A DNA stretch of 64,000 nucleotides from the NCBI RefSeq assembly GCF_006345805.1, contig NC_043022.1, forward strand, positions 15,252,001 to 15,316,000, given 5' to 3'. Below, one piece after another: positions 12,412-25,860 of this stretch. Each line of letters opens with the position of its first letter. The first letter of the stretch is position 1. The stretch comes from Octopus sinensis. Lineage: Eukaryota. The notes beneath the pieces are model-generated. The model made no database searches, had not been told where the DNA came from, and worked only from the letters and a program-made list of their open reading frames with translations. The translations under genes were made by a program, and so were the position numbers.

Positions 12412-14154
12412 GTGTGTACAGACACAGACACAAAGAACAGCAGCAGCAGGAGTAGTAGTAGTAGTAGTGGTGGTGGTAGCAGTAGTAGTCGTATCAGTAG
12501 TAGTAGTAGTAGTAATTGTTAGAGCAGTAGTAGTAGTAGTAACAGCAAGTGACATCATGCATAAAGATCAAACACAAAAAAAGAAAGAAAAAAAAAAGCA
12601 ATCGTTAATAGACTCAAACAAAAACAAAACAAAACACACAAAGAAACAATAACAACACTAACGATAATGAGATTATTTTTAATTAAACATCAAAGTGCTT
12701 CGTTATCTCGTTTTATCTTCTTGTCGGCGGAGAGTTCTCAGACACGCCTTCCATTAGGTTCTGTCAAAAGCTTCCGTCTCCAATCGATCCAGATGAATCT
12801 CCAAGCAAGCCCAACCAAGCTCATGGATGTTATCCAGCCATCTTGCCCATGGTCTCCCTCTGCATCTCCTGCCTGTTGGTTTTTTTTTTTTTTTGTCTGT
12901 GAAACCTGCCCAGTAAATTCTTCCTCCAAGACATTCTTACCAACATGTCCATAAAACTGGTGCTGGGATCCCCGCATTCATAGAAGGGGCAGCTCTGCCT
13001 CCAGTGCCCCCAGTGACCTCCAAACTATGAGTTCTACTGAGTAATGTTGCCCCAAAAACCCTTAAAAGCAAACCCGTTTCAGCTGCTTCGTTAGGTAAGC
13101 ATAATTAAAAGAAATTACTATGGTCTGTTATTTCATTGTCGTAATTGGTTTGCAAGATCCTCAATGTGAATTCATGTATTGAAACGTCCTTGGGAGGGTC
13201 ATTTTGCCAATAATAATAATAAACACATGCACTGATTCAATATCACTTCTTCATTGTTAATCAGTTTGAGACCTAATCAAATAACTAATTAACTGACTGT
13301 TTGCTTAATGTCTTGATGAAACAACCTACATAAACACATACAAACACACACACACGCACACAGAGGCATAAGACTGATTCTCAGACAGACTCAAGGAAAA
13401 CCTTGAAGAGAGAGGGCATATCCTTGATGAGGTCACAAATAGTGATGAAAGGATTTTGACTAACAAATGATTGTTTAACCTGAAAATTAAACAACTAATT
13501 AATTAGTTGGTTAGATAATTAACTAATTGACAGAACCAGTGCATGTGTTATTATTGGCATAATGACCCTCTCTAGACACAGCAATGGTTTCTTGTTAAGA
13601 CCTTTTTATTTGTTCATTCTTTTCCTTTTTTTTCATACCGAAAGTTGGTGACCCGTGACATCATTGGTTACAGGGCTTCAACAGGCCAATCCCTGGTTCA
13701 CAGCATTTCCGAAGGTGACAAAGACAAGGGATTGTCTACACAATTGGGAGAAACAAATAACTATACAGGATATCTTAACCAACATTTACATCTTTCAATG
13801 AGATCCATCAGCACTTGACAACACCAGAGTCTCAATGTCTACTTTTCAATGCTTGCATACATCAGAAATGACTTTAAGACGGAAATTTTCTACAGCCGGA
13901 TGCTCTCCCTGTCAACAACCCTCATCTGTTTCCAAGCAAGGTGGCTTCGAGGTTTCAGCTAGCTAAGCCATCAGCGGCAGTCTAACAATGGCTGAAGCTT
14001 CCAAGTCACTGCCAACGACATTCTTGTATAAGAATATTAAATCTGTACTCGAAAAAGAGTACAGAGAAGTCCACCAGATTAAAGGACGCTCGTTTTTATT
14101 ATAACTAAACATAAAAAAACAAACATTTATATACACACACACATATATATATAC

Positions 14155-14581
14155 TCTCTTTACTCTTTTACTTGTTTCAGTCATTTGACTGCGGCCATGC
14201 TGGAGCACTGCCTTTAGTTGAGCAACTCAACCCCGGGACTTATTCTTTGTAAGCCCAGTACTTATTCTATCGATCTCTTTTTCCGAACCGCTAAGTGACG
14301 GGGACATAAACACACTAGCATCGGTTGTCAAGCAATGCTAGGGGTACAAACACAGACACACAAACACACACACACACACACACAGACACACACATATATA
14401 TATATATACATATATACGACTGGCTTCTTTCAGTTTCCGTCTACCAAATCCACTCACAAGGCTTTGGTCGGCCCGAGGCTATAGTAGAAGACACTTGCCC
14501 AAGATGCCACGCAGTGGGACTGAACCCGGAACATTGTGGTTGGTAAGCAAGCTACTTACCACACAGCCACTCCTGCGCCTA
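14155..14581 (-). mobile_element. tRNA-derived SINE, family A (~410 bp with internal TA/TG microsatellite)
   Basis: Head aggcgcaggagtggctgtgtggtaag...ggttcagtccc (pol III A/B-box-like), tail aagtaaaagagt; more than 12 copies in the window. Confidence 0.88.
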
Positions 14582-15019
14582 TGTATGAATGAATGTATGG
14601 ACATCTATGGAAACAAAATAATTGCCAATTCAAAAAGATTTAAGGAAGAAGCTTAAAAGAAAACCCCTAAACAAAGAAAGAAAGAAAGAAAGAAAGTACA
14701 TAAAAGGTCTCTGAAGAATTTTAATTAAGACAAATGAAGAACATGGGGATGAGGGTGGGTGGGGAAAGGACGTGATGATAATTTAATAACTAAGATAAAT
14801 GGCATGGTGGGTGGGGTAGAGATGAAAATGTAATAAGAATCTAAATAATTAACAGAGAAAAGTAAACAAAGCAAAATATCAACAATAAGAAAATTTCAGA
14901 AAAATAACATTTTTGGGGTTGTTTTTTTTTTTGTTTTTTTACTGCAAAAGAAAATTAAATGCATCGTTATAACGAATGAGAAAACAGCAATAATAAATAT
15001 CATTGCCTGTTTTCTCCAA

Positions 15020-15209
15020 TTTTATTATTATTATTATTATTATCATTATTACTACTACTACTACTAATATTTATTATCATTATTATTATTATTATTGTTA
15101 TTATTAATGTTATCACAATAATTACTATTATTATTATTTATTTATTATAATTATTATCATCATTGTTATGATTATTATTATGATTATTATTATTTTTATT
15201 ATTATTATG

Positions 15210-15249
<40 letters not shown>
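15020..15249. repeat. (ATT)n microsatellite
   Basis: Direct reading. Confidence 0.95.
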
Positions 15250-15250
<1 letters not shown>

Positions 15251-16594
15251 GGCGGTGAACTAACTGGCAGAGGCATTAGAATGTTGGACAAAATGCCGAG
15301 AGGTATTTTGTCTGTTTCCACATTCTGAGTTCAAATACCGCTGAGGTCAACTCTGCCTTTTTCTCCATTCAGGGCCGAGAAAAATAAGTAAAATGAAATC
15401 CTGGGATTGATTGTCGTCAAATTCCCCCTTCCCACCAAAATTTCAGGCTTTTTGCCTTTAGCAGAAAGAATTATTATTACCATCATTATTAAAGTGGTGA
15501 GCTGAAAGAAGCATTATCAGAACAGACAAAAATGCTTCACGGCATTTCACCCGTCTTTACATTCTGAGTTCAAAGGCTACCAGGGTTGACTTTGCCTTTC
15601 GTCCTTTTGAGGTTGATAAATTAAGTACCAGTCATGCACTGGGGTCGATCTAATCAACAAGCCCCCCCCCCACTCCCCAAAACTTTCAGGCCTTGTGCCG
15701 AGAGTAGGAAAGATTATTTATTCTTTTATTAAAAGAAGACAGCAAGCTGGCAGAAATGTTAGCATGCCGGGCAAAATGTTTAGCAATATTTCCTCTGCCA
15801 CTACATCCTGAGTTCAAATTCTGCCAAGGTCGACTTTGCTTTTCATCTTCTCGAGATCAATGAAATAAGTACCAGTTATGCACTGGGGTTGATGTAATCA
15901 ACTATCCCCACTTCTCTCCAAAAAAATTTTCAAAGCCTTGCACCTACGTAAAAAGTACCATTTGAGCGTGATCGTTACCAGCGTCGCCTTACTGGCACTT
16001 GTGCCGGTGGCTTGTGAACAAAACATTTGTCCAAGGTTGTTGCCAGTGCCGCTGGACTGGCTTCTGTACAGGTGGCACGTAAAAAACACCATTTCGAACG
16101 TGGCCATTGCCAGTACTGCCAGATTGGCCCTTGTGCCAGTGGCACGTAAAAGCGCCCACTATACTCTCGGAGTGGTTGGCATTAGGAAGGGCATCCAGCT
16201 TTAGAAACTGCCAGATCAGGATTGAAGCCTGGCGCAGCCATCTGGTTTGCCAGTCCTCAGTCAAACTGTCCAACCCATGCCAGCATGGAAAGCAGATGTT
16301 ATACGATGACGATGATGATGATTATATATATATATATATACAGAAAACAGAAAATGGAAAAGTACCGATGAACAACAACTAACTAACATCAATTATTTAT
16401 TAATTAATAAATTGTTACTTTTCCATTTCCTGCTTTCTTTAAATTGTGATTCTTGATAAATCTATGTATATTCTTGTCTTTACCTATAACCTATGAGCAT
16501 ATGTTTGCCCATGGTCACACATAGGTAATATACTGGTAGTGTGTATGGATACTTCTATCCCTTAGATGGTTATTTTAACCTCTAACTCAACTAA

Positions 16595-16629
<35 letters not shown>

Positions 16630-17181
16630 TCAGTATCCAGTACTTTACCTCCCCTCCTTCAGATAATCCCTGATTACCTCCTATAAAAATTATTTGCTCC
16701 CAGATTCATTTACAAAATATCCTTCTTCCTGTTATCATGGAACGAAAACTATTTCTGATAGCATGAAATTGTAACATTATCACTAACATCTTAGTCATGA
16801 TTAGCACGAGCGAAACCAGTCAACTCGGTAAATATTCTACTTCATAAAACTAGCATTCTTTTATTCTTTTATTCTTTTATTCTCGTTTCAGTCATTTGAC
16901 TGAGGCCATGATATTTATTTTACCCAACATAAAATTTATGTGCATTTTTCTTTTGAAACTTTTTTTCCGCTACATTTCACCATGAATGAAAAAGAAAATC
17001 TAAATACCCACACACAGACACATATGAACACCAAGTTCTACATTGTAGTCATTCATACAAATATATAACACATCAACCTTAAACAAAGAAAACAAGATAG
17101 GAACCACATTGTAAGGAACAACACAAATCAATAGAAAAATTCACACAGGATCTACCTTCTATCCACTAACAATAAACACAG

Positions 17182-17215
<34 letters not shown>

Positions 17216-17369
17216 AACAACTAAAAAAATATGACAGGTTCTAGATTGGAGCCATTGACACAAAAGATATTCAGAATTTCACACAAACACTACCTATTCT
17301 CAGGGAATTTCATACTTTTGGTTCCTTTATTAAATTTCTGAATATCTTTATATTATTCTTCAACAATAA

Positions 17370-17775
17370 TAGGCGCAGGAGTGGCTGTGTGGTAAGAAGC
17401 TTGTTTACCAACCACATGGTTCCATGTTCAGTCCCACTGCATGGCACCTTGGGCAACTGTCTTCTTCTATAGCCTCGGGCCGACCAAAGCCTTGTGAGTG
17501 GATTTGGTAGACGGAAACTGAAAGAAGCCCATCGTATATATGTATATATATGTGTGTGTGCATGTATGTTTGTGTGTCTGTGTTTGTCCCCCTAGCATTG
17601 CTTGACAACCGATGCTGGTGTGTTTACGTCCCCGTTACTTAGCGGTTCGGCAAAAGAGACCGATAGAATAAGTACTGGGCTTCCAAAGAATAAGTCCAGA
17701 GGTTGAGTTGCTCGATTAAAGGCGGTGCTCCAGCATGGCTGCAGTCAAATGACTGAAACAATCAAAAGAGTAAAA
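17370..17775 (+). mobile_element. SINE family A
   Basis: Full-length match to other copies. Confidence 0.88.
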
Positions 17776-18104
17776 TAATATTACTGACAGGAACTTCGAA
17801 GTTTTAACCAGTTAAGCCATCATCGGATTGCAGTTGATGATGGCTCAACTGGCCAAAACTTTGAAGTCCCTGTCAGTAATATTCTTGTTTGATGATAATA
17901 TATTTGTACTCTTTGAAAGTACAAAGTAACCTTTCTGACTTGATGTAAAATTGTTATTTATTATGACCAAACAAAAAAAACAAACACTTAAGAGAAGTTG
18001 TGTGCCTCCAGCCAATGAGGATGGGGAGGCACATCTACAACCAAGAATTTTATACGTGTGAAACCATTGGTAACTCTCTGACCAGCCATAACAAGTAACC
18101 TAAA

Positions 18105-18137
<33 letters not shown>

Positions 18138-18465
18138 GGTGGAGGTGCAATGGCCCGGTGGTTAGGGCAGCGGACTCGCGGTCGGAGGATCGCGGTTTCG
18201 ATTCCCAGACCGGGCGTCGTGAGTGTTTATTGACCAAAAACACCTAAAGCTCCACAAGGCTCCAGCAGGGGGTGGTGGCGATCCCTGATGTACTCTTTCA
18301 TCCCAACTTTCTCTCACTCTTTCTTCTGCTGGCCTGCTCGCTTAGCCAGCGGGGTGGCGTCATTCGAAGGCTAAAACAATGCAAAGCGCATTGTGACCAG
18401 CGATGTGTAGCAACATCTGATAGCCTGGTCAGTTACGTGACTTTATATTTATATATATATATATA

Positions 18466-18497
<32 letters not shown>

Positions 18498-18522
18498 AAG
18501 TACACACACATGTATAGATATA

Positions 18523-18892
18523 CTAGCAGTATCGCCCGGCGTTGCTCAGGTTTGTAAGGGAAATAACTATAAAGCATTTTTAGAGTTATAGCCCAAAAAT
18601 AGCAAAACATGATGGTAAATTCTTTTTTTAGTTAAAAAAGGTGGAGTTGCGTCCCCTAGACTGTTTGCGGTTTGTGTTTCTGATTCTCGACCCCATGTCG
18701 AATTTATCGATTTCTTTCAGAACTGGGGGAACTTTTCAAAATTTTCGCTGCGTTAGTTTTGAATCATGACATTGGGCTATGTGTGTGTCAAGTTTCATCA
18801 GAATCGGTTGAAAGCCGTGGTCAGGGTGAGGGTACAACCAAACAGACACACAGAAACACGCTCAGACAAACTGCCGTTTATATAGAGAGAGA
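18523..18892 (-). mobile_element. Non-autonomous Helitron-like element
   Basis: Minus strand starts TC and ends in a GC-rich hairpin then CTAG, inserted between A and T; related copies at 37531 and 60594. Confidence 0.75.
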
Positions 18893-19451
18893 TAATTGTT
18901 TATCATCAATTTCCCATGATGGTAATGGCTGGATGGTAAGCCAGAGGGTGAAGCTGAGCTCCAGCATCTGCTCTTCCTACCACCAACATTATTATTATTA
19001 TTATTAAGGCATGACCTGGCAGAATCATTAGTACGCCGGGCAAAATGCTTAGCGGTATTTTGTCCGTTCTGAGTTCAAATTCTGCCGAGGTCAACTTTGC
19101 TTTTAATCCATTCAAGGCTGATAAATTAAGTACCAGTGAAACACTGGGGTTGATGTAATCGACTAGTCCCCTCCCCCCAAATTTCAGGCCTTGTGCCTTT
19201 AGCAGAAAGGATTACATTATTACATTTTTTGGATACATTTTGTTTTTGTATCATTTCCTCAGATTAAACTTTGAATGAATTTAACAACAAAATGAAAAGA
19301 TTAAACAACAAGTGATGGGGAAAGACACAAGGGAGGGTACTGAAGGGTACAAAACGGGGGGGGGGACTAAACAAGCTACAAAGACAATAAAGGAGTGTCA
19401 TGGTTAGGTGGGTGGGAGTTGGTAACAGGACATCAGTAGTGTTTCTCTTAC

Positions 19452-19481
19452 GCTGTCAGATGTGACATCAGACCAGGTGTC
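19452..19481 (-). CDS. aPKC: Candidate hinge microexon (30 nt): DTWSDVTSDS
   Basis: Long pyrimidine tract then tgcttttattccatcgcag acceptor, AGC|gtaaga donor; open in phase 0, stop in phase 1. Confidence 0.65.
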
Positions 19482-19688
19482 CTGCGATGGAATAAAAGCA
19501 TTTAGGAAGAAAAAGAAAAAGAAGAGAAAACATAAGAATGAAGAGGAGGAGGAGGACCTGGAGAATAAAAGTGAAATTATAAAGAAAGATAACAAAACGG
19601 TTTTGTGGTGACGAGAGTGGAACAAGAATTTAGAATTTGCAGTGAGAGGGGTCAGGGCCAAGAAAATGGTTTTGGAGAGAAGTTTTAA

Positions 19689-19910
19689 CCCTTTCGTTAC
19701 CAACCCGGCTGAAACCACCACTGGCTCTGTAGTACAAATGTCTTGTTTTCATAAGTTCTAAATTAAAATCTTCCAACAAACCTTAGTCACAATTTATGTT
19801 CCTTAATCTAGCTTAATGATAACTAAGTTATTTTACTAAATTCTCTGCTATATTTAAAGTAATTGAAAGAAACACAGAGCATCTCAACAGAAATAGGGTA
19901 ACAAAAAGGG
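19689..19910. mobile_element. TTAA-flanked piggyBac-like MITE (related copies ~19940-20150, ~22460-22660, ~22700-22930)
   Basis: ttaa|cccttt ... aaaggg|ttaa termini; interior repeated in the window. Confidence 0.7.
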
Positions 19911-20964
19911 TTAAAATATATAATAGAGAAACAATTCTTAACCCTTTCGTTACTAACCTGGCTGAAACCTTCTCTGGCTCTGAGTACAAATGTCTTGTTT
20001 TCATAAGTTTTCAATTAAAATCTTCCACCAAACCTTAGTCATAATTAATGTTCCTTAATCTAGCTTAATGATAATTGAGTTATTTTACTAAATTCTTTGT
20101 TATATTTGAAGCAATTGGAAAAGACACAGAGCATCTCAACAGAAATAGGGTGCCTCCTTGCTTCCCAGACCCCGGTTGAACTGTCCAACCCATGCTAGCA
20201 TGGAAAACAGATGTTAAACGGTGATGATGATGATTCACAAGATCCATCTCCAATTTGGCAAAGATAACCTGGGGTTAAAGGCTGGAGAGAGAGAGGAAGT
20301 TGTAATATTCATGTGTTTATAATAGAGAGGTCAAAAGGGGGCAGTTGTGATAGCAACTATTGGTGATGATGATGATGAAATAACGACAACGATGATCATT
20401 ATCATCATCATCATCATCATCATCCTTTAACATCCATTTTCCGTGCTGGCATGGGTTGGACAGTCTGACAAGACCTGGCGAGTCAGGGGACTGTGCCAAG
20501 CTCTGCTGTCAGCTTTGGCAATGGATTCTACAGCTGGATGCCCTTCATAACAACAACCACTTTTTCTGAGTGTACTGGGTGCTTTTTGAATGGCACCAGC
20601 ACCAATGGGGTCGCCAAGCAATTTGCAAGACTAAGCTCCCTCAGCTGAGGAGGGAGTAGTGTTGAGGGAGGTAGCTTTGTGCCAGGTGATGAGAGGCTGA
20701 AAATAATAACAAAGGGATGGAGATGGGGGTCATGCTGTGGAAGAGCCACAAGGGTGCCCCAGTTGGAAAAAAAAAAGAGAGAGACTTAGAGAAAGGGGCA
20801 GAAAGAGAGGGGAGGAGAGAGAGATGGTGATGGAGACCATCAGGACATACCTCAATGTACAGTGGGGGGTGGTGAATATAAGTGAAGTGAGGATGATAAT
20901 TATAATAATTTCTATTATATACAATAACAATAATGATAATAATGGCAATCAATAATGACATCAA

Positions 20965-21301
20965 TATTTACATATACATACATATATATATATACACATA
21001 CATACATATATATATATATACACATACATACATATATATATATATACACATACATACATATATATATATATACACATACATACATATATATATATACACA
21101 TACATACATATATATATATACACATACATACATATATATATATACACATACATACATATATATATATATATAATACACATACCTTAATACACATACATAC
21201 ACATACATATATACACATACTACATATATATATATACACATACATACATATATATTATATTATATTACATATCATATATATATACATACATACATATATA
21301 T

Positions 21302-21332
<31 letters not shown>

Positions 21333-21566
21333 CATACATCATATATATATACATACATACATACATATATACATACACAACATATATATATATACATACT
21401 ACATATATTATAACTACATACATATATCTATATACATACATACATTATATATATACATACATACATATATATATACATACATACATATATATATATATAC
21501 ATACATACATATATATATACAACATACATACATATATATATTATACATACATACATATATATATAC

Positions 21567-21605
<39 letters not shown>

Positions 21606-21658
21606 CATACATATACATACATACATACATATATATACAATCCATACATACATACAAT

Positions 21659-21690
<32 letters not shown>
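20965..21690. repeat. Compound (TA)/(CA)/(TACA) microsatellite
   Basis: Direct reading. Confidence 0.95.
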
Positions 21691-23338
21691 AAATGTAACG
21701 AACGAAGGAAAAACTTCCTTCAGTGGGGTGTAAAACATCCAATTCTCTTGTACGTCAGTTGAATACCACAGAAATAGGAGCATAAACACAAAATACAAAC
21801 AATAAAATAAATAGAGGAATATAATTGGCAATCTAACAATTTATTTATATTATAAAATAATATAAACATAAGACAACGTAAAAAATATTAAACAACAAAT
21901 TGTTGGCCTTTTTGGTTTTTCAATAATTTTTTATGTTGTTTTATATTATATTTATATCATAATATAAATAAATTGTTAGATTGCCAATTATATTTCTCTA
22001 TTTAATTTACGGTTTATAAATATTCAAGAATTATCATGCAAAATTCTTTTGAGTCTTGCACAAGGCCAGCAGAGAGTGTTAGCTAATTACAGCAACCGCA
22101 GTACTTGACCGGTACTTTATCAATGCCCAGAAAGTATGAAAGGCAAAGTCAACCTTAGCTGGGATTTGAACTCGGAATATAAAAAAGCCAAACGAAAATG
22201 CCGCCAAGCATTCTGTCTGAGATGCTAACGATTCTGCCATTCTGCTGCTTTGTAACATGCAACAACGGAAAAAGTACGACTGCAATCCAAAAGTATTGGG
22301 TTGGTCCATAATCATTGCGGCTTTTTTTCGACACATTTTATTTGCCAAAAACAATAACAACGTTTAACAAAAACATCTTTAAATGAAAGTCTGACCATCT
22401 GCCAAGCAAATGGAAAGCAGTAATTGAAGTAGATGGTGACTATGCTCCGGAATAATCATTTAACCCTTTTGTTACCAACCCGGCTGAAACTGCCTCTGGC
22501 TCTGTAGTACAAATGTCTTGTTTTCATAAGTTTTCAATTAAAATCTTCCACCAAACCTTAGTCACAATTCATGTTCCTAACACTAGCTTAATGATAACTA
22601 AGTTATTTTACTAAATTCTTTGTTATATTTAAAGTAATTGATAGAAACACAAAGCATCTCAATATACAATATTGTTAAAATATACAATAGAGAAACAATT
22701 CTTAGCCCTTTTGATACCAACCTAGATGAAACTGTTTCTGGCTCTGTAGTACAAATGTCTTGTTTTCATAAGTTTTGAATTAAAATCTTCCACCAAACCT
22801 TAGTCACAATTTATGTTCCTAACACTAGCTTAATGATAACTAAGTTTATTTTACTAAATTCTTTGTTGTATTCAGAATTAATTGAAAGAGACACAGAGCA
22901 TCTCAAAATAAATACAGTAATGAAAGGGTTAAAGATGTTTTTGTTGAATATTGCTATTGTTTTTGTTGAATAAAATTTGTTGCAAAAAATCTGCAAAAAT
23001 TATGCACCAACGCAATAAGATGCAACGAGAAAAAAATACAACTGCAACCAAAAAGTAACTTGCAGGGTTTTTTTTTTTTGGCAAGAGTGGGAGGGCAAAA
23101 AGAGGAGTGGAGTGGCAGGGAAATAAGCGGAGGAGTGAAGGTGGGAGGGAGAGAGAGAGAAAAAGAAAGAGAAAAGGAAAGAATCATAGAATCTTGTGGT
23201 TTCGCTGACAACCTGAGTAAGGGAAAGAAACGAGGATGGACTCCCTGTTTAGACGTCTTCAAGCAATCAGACATGTCTACGAAAATCTCAGTGGTGCAAC
23301 TGCCACACCACTACATGCTAACAAAGCAGTCTCTAGGT

Positions 23339-23531
23339 CAGTGGTTCTTAACCGCAGCGCCAAGGTTTGAATGTGGCCCCTGAGCATCCTTGTGGTGGGC
23401 CTCAATGATCTTTATTCTATAAATGTAATAAATTCTTTATCTTGGGTTCTACATTATTTTGGTGTGACCCCTTAAAAAGAAATCCAGGTTTGGGATCTGG
23501 CTTGGATACTGAAAGGGGTTGAGAACCACTG
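23339..23531. mobile_element. hAT-type MITE
   Basis: TIRs cagtggttcttaacc / ggttgagaaccactg; imperfect 8-bp flanks ctctaggt / ctctatat. Confidence 0.7.
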
Positions 23532-24344
23532 CTCTATATGGCTGCTCAGTCTGCTAGAAGCAACAGCCAAATGTCCTTCAGATCATGCATTGCTATCTTC
23601 GGAAAAGCAAAAAAGAGGAAAATAAAAAAATAAAAGGGACACATTGGACAAGAAGTTAATGTAGTCTTAAACATAGAATACCTGAAGAAAAGATGGAATG
23701 GGCATGGTTGGAACCCATTTTATCATAGGTCTGCTGAATCAAAACAGACATGGTACTAAGCAACAACTAAAGCAGTCTTAGAAAAAAAACATCATTCCTT
23801 CCTTTTTGTCCATCATCATCATCATCATCAGTGCTTTGATGCTGGTAGGGGTCAGACGAAAATGGTCAAGGTAGATTTTCTATGACCAGATTCACTCCCA
23901 GTTGCCAACCCTCGACTGCTTTGATGCAAAGTAAATATCCCCCGGTGAAGGTCCATGGCTTAGGGGTTAGGGGCATTTGGCACAGACTCATAAGGTCGCG
24001 AGTTCAATTTCCAGCAATGCATTGTGTCCTTGGGCAAGACACTTTATTTCACATCGCTCCATTTCACTCAGCTGGCAAAAGTTAGCTGTACCTGTAATTT
24101 CAAAGAGGCCACCCTTGTCACATTCTGTGTCACACTGAATCTCCCTCAGATTGAGCGTATGCATGCCTGTGGAGTACTCAGCCACCTGTACATCAATTTT
24201 ATGAGACAGCTGTTCTGTTGATCGGATCATCTAGAACCCTAGTCGTCCTGACTGACGGAGTTCTACTGGGTGGGAACCCTAGTCTTGACATCGCATGAAG
24301 GTTGTAAACGAGCATCACCTTCATACAAGCAGTATGTTATTTAT

Positions 24345-24665
24345 TCTTTTACTTGTTTCAGTCATTTGACTGTGGCCATTCTGGAGCACTGCCTTTTTTT
24401 AGTCGAACAAATCGCCCCTAGGACTTATTCTTTCTAAGCTTAGTATTTATTCTATATATATATATATACACATACACACATACATATATACAGACATGCA
24501 GACATACAATGGGCTTCTTTCAGTTTTCATCTACCAAATCCACTCACAAGGTTTTGGTCGGCCCGAAGCTATAGCAGAAGACACTTGCCCAACGTGCCAT
24601 GCAGTGGGACTGAACCCAGAACCGTGTGCTTGGTAAGCAAGCTACTTACCACACACCCACTCCTG
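24345..24665 (-). mobile_element. SINE family A (internally deleted)
   Basis: Head and tail match other copies. Confidence 0.8.
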
Positions 24666-25089
24666 TGTCGATTTGTTTACAATTTCCATGGGAATAAAAA
24701 AAAAAGTGTCTAGCCATGGGGGAAACATTACCTTGTTTGCAAACAAGGTGAGGGTTGATGACAGGAGGAGCACCCAGCCTCAGAAAATCAGCCTCCGCAT
24801 ATTCCACCCAACTCATCCGAGCATGGAAAAGAGGGTATTGAATGATGATATTAATAATGATGAGGAAATCCAGTGATGAGTACATCAAACAAAAGTTATC
24901 TCTGGTTGTTGACATGAGACAAAGAAATCATCATAATCTTTCAACATTCATTTTCCATGTTGACATGGATGGATTGGATGTAACAGAGAAAGTGAGAGGA
25001 ACAAATAGTGAGACGGACATTGTTGTTTAGCCAACCAATTCCAGACTGGTGACCATTCCCAATACAAAGCTAAATGATCAGATGGCAGC

Positions 25090-25120
<31 letters not shown>

Positions 25121-25280
25121 AGAAGAAGGAGAGGGAGAGTTATAAAAACCCTACTAAAACAAAACAATAAAATATCTAAAAAAAATAGTTTTTGAAAACA
25201 TACAATATAAGAAGGAAATTCTGAAGCTCAGGAAATTTCGCAAATGAAATGGGTAAATATAATATAAATCAAATATAGGA

Positions 25281-25324
<44 letters not shown>

Positions 25325-25827
25325 TATATATATGCACTAATATTCAACAGTGAGAGCACTGCATTGGTAGATAAATATCCTTTGTTTGTAGGTTAAGGAG
25401 GCTACCAATAGTTTCATACTAAGAGATATCTTAACGATTATCATGTCTGCTACATGGGGAAACATTGGTTCTTGTCTCCAGCTTGGTGTTCTCATCCAGG
25501 ATGGTGAGGAATACCAATGTTCCCCCGTGGCAGACTTGATAACCATTGAGATATCTCCATACATGAAGCCATTGGTAGCTTCGTTAACCCTCACACACAC
25601 ACACACACATGCATGCATGTGCTAATATATAAATATATAAATATGCAACAAGTAAAATGCATTAGAATCAGGGTACTAAGCACATTAGGATGTTAATTAA
25701 TGCAGGACAAAAAAAAAATAACTATAAAAAACTAAGGATCAACACAATCCAGACAGGTAAGTCACAGGCATCACCATCATCATCATCAACAGCAGAAGAC
25801 AAAGCGATAAATGAAATAAGAGAATAC

Positions 25828-25860
25828 CTCTGTTGATGGCGTCTGGGCAGGGCTTGTCTC
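25828..25860 (-). CDS. aPKC: Candidate hinge cassette exon (33 nt): ETSPAQTPSTE
   Basis: Pyrimidine tract ttcatcttcacttctcgttaccaag, GAG|gtattc donor; symmetric phase 0-0; unique GC-richer sequence. Confidence 0.6.

Noticed and set aside
14155-14581. tRNA-like A/B boxes as tRNA genes; recurring MSSNARGTNTDTQ ORFs
   Set aside because: These are SINE heads and bodies repeated across the window; no cloverleaf.
16649-16669. 21-nt candidate exon GLSEGGE
   Set aside because: No pyrimidine tract, and it lies in apparent repeat-derived sequence.
17156-17165. 10-nt AG..GT microexon candidate
   Set aside because: Frame-shifting length and weak donor.
20851-20911. 61-nt exon candidate with GAG|gtatgt donor
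   Set aside because: Length breaks the hinge frame and the acceptor lacks a pyrimidine tract.
23150-23214. Good-looking acceptor tttcccttactcag at 23212
   Set aside because: No donor follows; the sequence runs into CT-rich low complexity.
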